Origin: Torpedo marmorata
Lineage: Eukaryota
NCBI GenBank assembly: GCA_977017645.1
Contig: OZ360227.1
Coordinates: 59,210,001-59,274,000, forward strand
Length of the DNA stretch: 64,000 nt
Direction of reading: 5' to 3'
Position numbers and translations under genes: made by a program. Below the pieces are notes generated by a model. That model had not been told where the DNA came from. It made no database searches and was given only the letters and a program-made list of their open reading frames with translations. This document shows, one piece after another, positions 22,951 to 32,720 of the stretch; the stretch's first letter is position 1; each line of letters starts with the position of its first letter.

Positions 22951-24199
22951 AACTTAGATATCTACAGCACAGTGCAGGCCCTTTGGCCACAGTGTTGTGC
23001 CGACCTAATAACCTATTCTAACATCTGCCTAAAATTTCCCTACTGCATAACCTTCCATTTTCTTCTCTATTCTATTTACCTATCTCTTAAAATATCCTAC
23101 TGTACCTGCCACCACCACCGTTGCTGGCAGTGCATTCCTTGCACCCACCGCTCTCTGTGTGAAGAAATTATCTCTTACATCCCCTCTGTACTTACTCCCA
23201 AGCTCCTTAAAACTATACCCCCTGTTACAAAATCAAACCAGCAACGACAGAGGACGCAATGCAAAAGGGGTAAAATTGCAATTTATATTTATTAAACACA
23301 ATTAAACATATAATTTCACAACAATTAACCCCACTATAAACGTCTATAAACACTATTCTTATCTCAAAGGTGTGTGTGTGTGTAAAGCCCAGACCATTAC
23401 AGTCTGTGCCAAACCCTCATGTAAAAATGTAAAAACTTTCCCAAAAACCCCAGGTCAGTCATAAAAACAAGTCAGTCAAAAAAAATATAATACAGTCCAC
23501 AAAAATTCACTCTCTAAGTTCAGGTTCCAAATTCAGCTCTGTGTGCTGGTAGAAGGACTTTTCAATGAACGTTGGAGAGAGACAATGACTGTTTATGCTT
23601 ACGAATACTTGGCTTGTTTTTCTTCTCTGATGACTTTCCCTTTTGGTAGAGATTCACGAGGATTGCGACTCCAAATCAGTATACCACTGATTGAGGCGTG
23701 TACTTGGATCTTACAGCTGGTCTCACTGATCTCAGGCCTGTTCTCCATAAAAGTTGCTTTAACTCAGGATTTTTCTGAGACAGGAGGCCATGTGCTATTC
23801 TCCCAGCCTTTTTCTCTGGGATGCCCGAGCCTGGATTTTGCTGTGTTCTCCAGCCTTTGCAACTCCAAAACTGCCTGCTTTTTGCAGAGGTCTGCACCTG
23901 CTTTTGCAAAAGTGCATCAAAGTATCTTTTCCACAGCCTGTCTCTCTCTCTCTCTCTGGGTACGCCAAGTTAACTCTTTCAGTACCTGGTCCCAGTGTGC
24001 ACTCCAAAAGACTTCATCCTTCCTGTTGACCGTCCGCAGTCCAAATGGTCAGTCATGGTCCATAACACCTCCCACCCACAAAGAAAATTTTGGTCTGCAT
24101 GAACAAAATTTTGGAAATTAATTGAGGTGTCACAATATAAACAAAATCCACAATATTCATCCACAAATACAAAATATGAACTATTTTCATTGATAAAGT

Positions 24200-25378
24200 T
24201 TAACATCTAGAAAGACAATCAGCAATTACATTATCTTTCCCTTTTATATGAGTGATTACCAAATCATATTCTTGCAAAACTAGACTCCAATTCAACAACC
24301 GTCGATTCTTATTTTTCATTTTACAAAGAAAAACCAATGGATTATGGTCAGTATACACTATGAGTGGTTTTTGAGCTGTACAGATATAAAATTCAAAGTG
24401 TTGTAGAGCCAACACAAGAGCCAACAACTCTTTTTCTATGGTTGAATAATTCCTTTGATGATCATTGAACTTCTTCGAGAAGTAGGATACCGGATGGTCA
24501 ATGTCCTCTTTGTTCTTCTTCTGTAACAGCACCGTGCCCACAGCTTCATCGCTGGCATCCACGGCTAAAGAAACCGGCTGTTCTAAATTAGGTGACTTAA
24601 GCACAGGTTGGTGGCATAACATGGCTTTCAACTTGACAAATGCTTCCTGACAACCTGTCGACCATACAAATTTTTCTTTCTTTCTAAGCAAATTTGTGAG
24701 AGGGAGCGCAAGATTAGCAAAGTTTTTACAGAACTTGCGGTAGTAGCCAATCATTCCCAGGAACCTCCTCAGAGTTTTCTTACCAGTTGGAACAGGGAAC
24801 TCGGAAATAGTCACAACCTTTGCCTCTACTGGCCCCAACTGCCCCTGTCCTACTATATAACCCAGATAAATAACAGTAGCATGTCCAAACTCACTTTTAC
24901 TTAAATTAACTGTGAGATTTGTTTGGACAGTCGTTCGAACAATTGCTTTAGCTCAAAGATATGCTCTTCCCAGGTCTCACTACTTACAATTAAATCATCA
25001 ATGCAAGCACCTGTGTTTTTCAACCCTTGAATTACTGAATTAATCATTCTCTGAAATGATCCTGGAGCATTCTTCATACAAAAAGGCAAAACATTATACT
25101 CATACAGCCCAAAACGTGTTACGAATGCAGAAATCCCCCATACCCTTTTTGTCAAAGGAACACATCTTTCAATAAGTCAATTTTTGTAAGAATTTGGCCT
25201 TCTTCACCTTGTCTATACAATCGTCTATTCCAGGAATAGGATAAGCATCTGTCTTTGTTACAGCATTTACTTTCCTATAATCAGTGCAAAACCTAACCAT
25301 TCCATCAGGCTTAGGCACTAAAACACAAGGGAAACTCCAATTGGAAGTAGACTTTCGAATGATATTGTTCTTTACCAT
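24200..25378 (-). pseudogene. Gmr1-like RT and RNase H (frameshifted)
   Basis: RFCTDYRKVN, NAPGSFQR, CIDD, VDASD, EKELLA, TDH, ADCLSR. Confidence 0.9.
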
Positions 25379-25402
25379 GTAGTCAATTTCCTGATCTACC
25401 AG

Positions 25403-27046
25403 TTAGCACTTTTCCGCATTGATTCGATAGGGATGCTGTTTTATCGGTCTTGCATCTCCTACATCCACATCATGATAAGCGATGGAAATTTTCTGAGGCA
25501 CATCGGGAAATAAATTTATAAATTTTAAAAATAACTGACTCATCTCTTCCTTTTCTGAAGTTTTCAGATGAGCCAACTTTGTCTCCAGATTGTGCAAAAT
25601 CATGGAATTTTCTAACCTCGGGTTTATCAATTTCTGTGTCCTGTGACCCTCTCTGAAACTAGTTTTATCTGTCTCCTGCTCACCCTGATCAATAACCAGC
25701 ACCTCTGGTAAATGTTCAGTCCCTTTTTGCGGCACCTGTTCAAAATATGGCTTAATCATATTCACATGACAGACCTGTGTGTCTCGTCTGCGATTAGGTG
25801 TTTCTATGACATAGGTGACATCATTAATTTTTGACTTAACTCTATAGGGTCCTGAAAATCCAGGCCTAAGAGAATTTGAATGGATGGGAAACAGAACTAA
25901 TACGATCTCACCAGGTTTAAAAGTTCTCATCTTCGCCTTTTGATCACACCAAACCTTCATTCTCTGTTGAGTGGCCTTTAAATTCTCCTTTGCCATCTGA
26001 CAAGCCCTATGCAACCGATCCTTAAATTTGGAAACGTAATCTAACAGATTTAAATGCACATCACTATTAATCCACTGTTCTTTTAATAATCTTAAAGGAC
26101 CTCTCACCTCATGTCCGAAAACTAACTCGAATGGACTAAAACCAAATGATTCTTGGACAGACTCCCTCACTGCAAATAACAACAAATGAACTCCCTCATC
26201 CCAATCCTTTTCCTTTTCACAACAATAGGTTCTAATCATGTTTTTCAAAATCGAATGGAACCTCTCCAAGGCCCCTTGACTTTCTGGATGGAACGCAGAG
26301 GATACAATCTGTTTAACTCCCAGTCCATCAACCACTTGTTGGAAAACGCCTGACATGAAATTACGGCCCTGATCTGATTGAATTTCCCTTGGCAAACCTA
26401 CCAAGGTGAAAAACTTTACTATAGCCTTTACAATTGACTTTGCTTTAATGTTTCTCAGAGGAATGGCCTCTGGAAATCTGGTGGCTGCACGCATAATTGT
26501 TAACAAATACTCATTCCCTGCTTTGGTTTTGGGCAATGGGCCAACACAGTCTACAATCACGCTCGAGAAAGGCTCACTGAAAGCAGGGATAGGTTGCAAG
26601 GGTGCCACCGGGGGACCCTGATTAGGTTTACCCACTACCTGACAAGTGTGACAGGCCCGGCAAAAGCTTACAACCTCCCTTCTCAAACTGGGCCAATAAA
26701 ATTGTTTCATTATCTTCCTTATAGTTTTCTTCACCCCAAGGTGACCACCTAAGGGTGTACTATGAGCCAAAGTTATTATTGCATCCCTATATACTTTAGG
26801 GATCACAACCTGCTGCACTACTGCCCATTCTTCATTGGCAGGAACATCACATGGTCTCCACTTTCTCATCAACACCCCATCTTTTTCATAATAACCCACT
26901 GGCACCTTTTTAATCTCCTCTTCAGAGAGAACCTTATCCCTCACCTCAGCGAGATCAGGATCCTCCTTTTGCCTTGCTATTAGCTCCTGTCGGGATAGTG
27001 ACAAATCTGTGCCTTTAGGTGTCTTATCAGTGGATGGGTGTAACAC
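25403..27046 (-). pseudogene. Gmr1-like integrase (upstream of RT)
   Basis: H..PLGGH...CHTC; VDCVGP, SDQG, GALERFH; GPY motif; bounded by in-frame stops. Confidence 0.9.
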
Positions 27047-27260
27047 AGGAGATTACTCAACCTTTTCCAGGTTTTCTTGATTATCACTGTCTTTTTCTTT
27101 CACCAAGTTATTTTCCACTGCCTTCTCTACAGTGACATTTTTCTTAGACATGGCCCTGGTTATGGCACATGCCGGATAAATATCAAAGTCTTTCTCTGAC
27201 TTATCAATGACTGGCTTAGTGGTCATTCGCACTGCAGGAACTACTTTAACCTTGGCCAAG

Positions 27261-28880
27261 TCATTGCCTAGCAACAGTAAAACTCCTTCTACTGGCAATT
27301 CTGATCTCACTCCTATTATAAACAGGTCCTTCCACCAAGTCTGAGTCTAACACTATTTTGTGCAAAGGAATGGATTCAACATCATCCCCAATTCCTTTAA
27401 TTAAATTTATGTCACCGGTGTCAGTAGCTTCACAAAATTCCAAGACACTATCTAACACAAGTGACTGAGCAGCTCCAGTATCTCTCAAGATTTTCACTGG
27501 AACTTGTTTTGATCCTGCCTTAACTGAAACAAAACCATCAGTCACAAAAGCTTTAAATACATCTCTAACTTTGTCAGTAAATTTATCTCCTTCCTGGGTG
27601 TTATGCCTCTTCTCACTCTGAATACAAGCATTAGGTGTTGCATCCTTTTCTCTCTTCTTTTTCAACACTGGACAACTTGCTAGCATATGACCAGCCTTCC
27701 TACAGTAGTGGCAAATGGGACCCGAAGGGTTTTCCCTTTTCCACTTTCCTTCATCCCTTTCCTTAACACTACTTCCAAATTTACTTTCCACTTGCTTGGG
27801 ATTATCCACAGTGACCTTTTGGAAAATTCTACCTGATGTCCACTTAGGCTTGTGGGTTAAAGCATATTCATCTGCTAACTTAGCTGAATTTTGCCAAGTT
27901 TTCACCTCCTTTTCATCTAAGTATGCCTTAATATCCTCAGGAACACACTTTTTTATCTCCACGATTGTTATCAATTCTCTCAATTGATTGTAATCATTGT
28001 TTACCGCATTAGATGTGCACCACCGGTCAAAACACACAACCTTTTCATAGGCAAACTCTGTGTAAGAATGGGTTGCTGATCTTTTTAAATTTCTAAACTT
28101 CTGTCTATAAGCCTCTGGAACTAACTCATAAGCCTGGAGTATAGCCTTTTTCACCGTTTCATAATCAGCAGCTTGCTCCGTGGTAAGAGTAGAATAAGCT
28201 TGCTGAGCTTTTCCTTTTATTACACTTTGTAACATAAGAGACCATTGGACTTGTGGCCATTTTAATTTCACAGCCACCTTCTCAAAATGTTGGAAGTACT
28301 TATCTATTTCTGCCTCCTCAAATGGAGGAACCAACCTAACTTCTCTACTAGCCAAAAACCCCTCAACTGGATGACAAATTTGATGTTGGTGCTCTTCTTG
28401 TCTCCCCTCATTTTCCAACTTTATCTTTTCCAGCACATATATCCTATTTTTATCCTCGTTCTCTAAGTCTAATCTCTTTTGTTCCAATTCCGTGTTTAAT
28501 TTCTTTTGTTCCAGTTCCAATTTCTTTTGTTCCAATTCCGTGTCTAATTTCTTTTGTTCCCTGGCTGCCTCCAATTTTAATTTTTTTTGTTCCCTGGCTG
28601 CCTCCAATTCCAATTTCTTTATTTCCAACTGTATGTTTTCAGAAGGTTTACCCTTGGGAAACTGCTCTAACACGCTCTCCTCAAATTTATTTTCTTTTAT
28701 ATAGTATTTGACAATTTTTCTCCCAATCTTTGCCTTTTTCATAGATGATTTTACAGAAGCAATGCCCAATCCTGTTGCTATAGCCACTAACTGTTCCTTT
28801 TTCGCATTTTTTAAAGTATCAGGTACAGGTGATTCCAAAAAATGTTCTACATCCATTGTTGCTGGTTTTTCGTTACACAC
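27261..28880 (-). CDS. Gmr1-like gag (coiled coil, SCAN-like capsid, CCHC knuckle) + protease
   Basis: YETVKKAILQAYELVPEAYRQKFR; CHYCRKAGHMLASC; LRDTGA; frameshift near 27320. Confidence 0.88.
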   Translation of the reverse strand: MCNEKPATMDVEHFLESPVPDTLKNAKKEQLVAIATGLGIASVKSSMKKAKIGRKIVKYYIKENKFEESVLEQFPKGKPSENIQLEIKKLELEAAREQKKLKLEAAREQKKLDTELEQKKLELEQKKLNTELEQKRLDLENEDKNRIYVLEKIKLENEGRQEEHQHQICHPVEGFLASREVRLVPPFEEAEIDKYFQHFEKVAVKLKWPQVQWSLMLQSVIKGKAQQAYSTLTTEQAADYETVKKAILQAYELVPEAYRQKFRNLKRSATHSYTEFAYEKVVCFDRWCTSNAVNNDYNQLRELITIVEIKKCVPEDIKAYLDEKEVKTWQNSAKLADEYALTHKPKWTSGRIFQKVTVDNPKQVESKFGSSVKERDEGKWKRENPSGPICHYCRKAGHMLASCPVLKKKREKDATPNACIQSEKRHNTQEGDKFTDKVRDVFKAFVTDGFVSVKAGSKQVPVKILRDTGAAQSLVLDSVLEFCEATDTGDINLIKGIGDDVESIPLHKIVLDSDLVEGPVYNRSEIRIASRRSFTVARQ

Positions 28881-28966
28881 ACACTAGCTTTTAATTAGCT
28901 TTACAAAAGGAATGTCTTAAACCAAACTGGGATTCCTTCAATTACCAAGATGGATTTTTAATTCAA

Positions 28967-28985
28967 ATCCAAGGACGAGCCCCCA
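28967..28985 (-). promoter_or_regulatory. Primer-binding site, tRNA-Pro
   Basis: tgggggctcgtcc(tt)ggat just inside the 5' LTR matches the tRNA-Pro PBS TGGGGGCTCGTCCGGGAT over the first 13 nt. Confidence 0.85.
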
Positions 28986-31359
28986 ATTTTGTTACAAAAT
29001 CAAACCAGCAACGACAGAAGACGCAATGCAAAAGGGGTAAAATTGAAATTTATATTTATTAAAGAAAATTAAACATATAATTTCACAACAATTAACCCCA
29101 CTATAAACGTCTATAAACACTATTCTTATCTCAAAGGTATGTGTGTGTGTATAAAGCCCAGACCATTACAGTCTGTGCCCAACCGTCATGTAAAAATGGA
29201 AAAACTTTCCCCAAAAACCCCAGGTCAGTCATAAAAACAAGTCAGTCAAAAAAAATATAATACAGTCCACAAAAATTCACTCTCTAAGTTCAGGTTCCAA
29301 ATTCAGCTCTGTGTGCTGGTAGAAGGACTTTTCAATGAACGTTGGAGAGAGACAATGACTGTTTATGCTTACGAATACTTGGCTTGTTTTTCTTCTCTGA
29401 TGACTTTCCCTTTTGGTAGAGATTCACGAGGATTGCGACTCCAAATCAGTATACCACTGATTGAGGCGTGTACTTGGATCTCACAGCTGGTCTCGCTGAT
29501 CTCACGCCTGTTCTCCACAAAAGTTGCTTTAACTCAGGATTTTTCTGAGACAGGAGGCCATGTGCTATTCTCCCAGCCTTTTTCTCTGGGATGCACGAGC
29601 CTGGATTTTGCTGTGTTCTCCAGCCTTTGCAACTCCAAAACTGCCTGCTTTTTGCAGAGGTCTGCACCTGCTTTTGCAAAAGTGCAACAAAGTATCTTTT
29701 CCACAGCCTGTCTCTCTCTCTCTGCTCTCTCTCTCTCTCTCTCTGGGTACACCTAATCCTGGGCAAGTTAACTTTTTCAGTACCTGGTCCCAATGTGTAC
29801 TCCAAAAGACTTCATCCTTCCTGCTGACCTTCCGCAGTCCAAATGGTCAGTCATGGTCCATAACACCCCTCATATTAGCCATTTCAGCCCTGGGAAAAAG
29901 CCTCTGGCCATCCACACGATTAATGCCGGTCATCATCTTATACACCTCTATCAGGTCACCCCTCATTCACCATCACTCTAAGGAGAAAGACCAAGTTTAC
30001 GCACCCAAGTTCACTCAACAGACCTCCTCGTGGCAGGGATAGATGATGTACAGGAAGCACCACGAACTGGTGGGAAAAGGAAAGGGGAGGTCCGTTGTCT
30101 GATGTGATTAATATAGGCGAACACTGCCATTATAGAAAATGATGTGTCACTTGCATTTGCATGGAACGTGTTGTTTTTTCTGTATGTCTGGATGTGGGTG
30201 GATGAGTGAGTGAGGGTACAAGTGCTTTTGTATGTGGAGAGCCAGTCGTGTCTGGGTGTGTGGTGTGTGTTTCTGCACCTTGTGTTTATAACGTGATCCT
30301 ATTAAACAGCAGAATTGTGTCTGCTTCTCAAACGATGTCACATCGTGCGCAAACTGTCTATGACACTCCAGTTGCAGAAAGTTGTAAATATTGATCGTAC
30401 ACTTTGTATCCTGTCTTGCAAATTATCTCTCTTGCATCTCAGTATGAAAACAGAGATTTTAAAAAAGAAGCACGTTCCTTAATTAATCACAAACAGTAAC
30501 TTTATTTCATTTGATACTGAGTTGGTTAAAACTCTAAACATAATTGCTCTGTCTTTTTTATATTTTCACAAACAGTTTGCTCAATGGTCCGTAACACTCA
30601 AAAATTATTAAGTCCCCTTCCTATTTTTTAACTTAATACATATGTATTTTTTCTTAAAATTGCCTCTTAAAACATTCCCACATTTAGAGCTGTAATATAA
30701 TTTTATTAACACTTGAACCCATCATATTTGTGATACTTGAATTCTCCTCAAAAATAGGAATATCAGATTTCCGATCTTGCCAAAACTAAAGCCAAATCTG
30801 CATTATTGTCATTGTGTTCCAACTTAAGTTATAAATGGTACTAAATCTTCAGAATAATTCTGAACAGTTTGCAAATTCACATACTGTACCTACCTCAACT
30901 CAAACTCTTTTATTTTATAAAGAATGTTATTCTTTTGTCCCCAGTGAATTCAGGAAAAATTCCACAGCCATTTTACAGTATTTTTATTTTTATTTAATGG
31001 CCCCATCCTGGTTGTCTCACATTCTTACAAATATTGTCTCACGATTGATTTCAGATCAGGTCCCTGGGCCAAGAAGTTGGATAGTGTCTTCTTTTCACAC
31101 TGTAAACTTGAACTGTGCACAGTACTAATTCCTGGTCAGATCTCATGCAAAAGTGCACAAAATCGGTCACAAATTATTTAAAAGCAGAAGTTGTGGCAGT
31201 TTGCATATGAAATCAAGACCTGGTTTATTCCAATGAGGAATTGCACAAACATCTTCCAGCTGCCGAATTATTCCTGTGCTTCTCGTTAGTAGGAACACTT
31301 CACAGAAGAAGATGCTCAGAACCTGCCGGATATATTCAATGAACTAGCATCTAATGAAA

Positions 31360-32645
31360 GGGCAGCACAGTTTGTGTGGCGGTTAGCACCATGCTATTAC
31401 AGCGCCAGTGACCCGGGTTTGAATCTGGTGCTGTATGTAAGGAGTTTCTATGTTTTCCTCATGACCCCATGGGTTTCCTCTGAGTGCTCCGGTTTCATCC
31501 CACCCTCCAAAAACTTATGGGGTTTGTAGGTTAATTAAGTGTATTACGTGCTCCCAGTTCATTTTCATTTGAGTGGGACTGTCACTTTAAGAGAACAAAT
31601 CAAGCTGCAAGCTTTGGATATGACTGTGGCTGACAGCAGACTGGGACAGCGTGTACTCAAATTGGATATTTCTGAAGAGAGAGGAAGTGGCCCTGGAAAA
31701 CACAGGTGCAGAGACCATGTGACCAACATGTTAAAGAAACAGTACTCGGTTTGATCGGGGCCATTTTTAAGGAGACAGCACAGGAGCAACAGCTCTTGGA
31801 AGTAATATTGTGCTGAAGTGGCCTCGTGTGGTGATAGACAATTTGTCTGATTTCTCCGTGTTATAGGGGAATGAGTAGGGGCCATTTTAAGGAGACAGCA
31901 CTTGGAGAAGCATCCTTTGAAGGGATACTGTGCTGAAGGGCCTCGTGTGGTAATAGACAATTTGTCTGATTTCTCCGTGTTATAAGGGAATGCGTATACC
32001 ACTCCGTGACCAAAAGGGAAGGTCACTTTGAACGGCTGACCCACGAAAGGGTTCTTTCTGGAAGCAGAGGAATTCTGCAGTCTGGTTGTGACCATTGTGA
32101 AGGTCACTTTGAATGGCTGAACCACAAAAGGGTTCTGGAAGCAGAAGAAATACTGCAATTCGGCTGACCCACAAAAGGGTTTTGGAAGCTTAGTGAGAAT
32201 CACTCGTTTCGTGTCCCCTACGCAAATAAAAGGGGAGTTTTTATTGCCACTCGTCTGAAAAGGACTTTTCTCTGGAAGCCTCGACAAGGATTTCGTGAGT
32301 TTTTGACAGTCTGTCACCCCGGTCTCTCCCACCTACTTCATGACTACTTCTTTGCATCAATTTCAAGCCTGCGTGTCAACACTGAATTTGTGAGACAGAA
32401 CTTTGAACGGCCTTTCGAGAATTGTGCCTTGAGCTGTTGTGGCATAAGTATATTCGCGCATAGTTGGGGGTTAAGTAGATAAGTTTAGATAAATTAGATA
32501 AGGTGTTATATTATTGTTGATTAATAATTAAAAATATTATTTTAAATCTATTGCTGCTGTCTGGTATGTAACAAGTGTATTTAGGCAGTACGGGTTCTAG
32601 GTCTGGAAGGGCCTATTACAGTGCTGTATCTCTAAATTACAATTA
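31360..32645 (+). mobile_element. V-SINE split by a solo LTR
   Basis: Head and core at 31360-31541, tail at 32574-32645. Confidence 0.8.
31542..32573 (+). mobile_element. Solo LTR (Gypsy-like) with internal tandem duplications
   Basis: Ends tattac (from tgttac) and gtaaca; TSD agtg; ~120-bp duplication at 31757-31990 and ~60-bp repeats at 32015-32190. Orientation is tentative. Confidence 0.75.
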
Positions 32646-32720
32646 AATGGAATAGCTGGAGTAACTAAGTATTGATAAAAAAGAGTAGTACAAGTTTCAG
32701 AGGCTTGGAGGATGTAGGTT

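Larger units (their letters stand above)
23223..29865 (-). mobile_element. Gmr1-like Gypsy LTR retrotransposon (full length, mutated)
   Basis: LTRs 28990-29865 and 23223-24067; TSD cccc; tRNA-Pro PBS; PPT gtgggtgggagg; order gag-PR-INT-RT-RH. Inserted in a CR1 3' fragment (22960-23222 and 29866-30000). Confidence 0.95.

Noticed and set aside
23543-24121. 192-aa ORF recurring three times
   Set aside because: It lies antisense within LTR copies, its length varies between copies and it has no recognisable domain.
31565-32332. 255-aa minus-strand ORF
   Set aside because: Inside a solo LTR, built from tandem repeats, no known motif.
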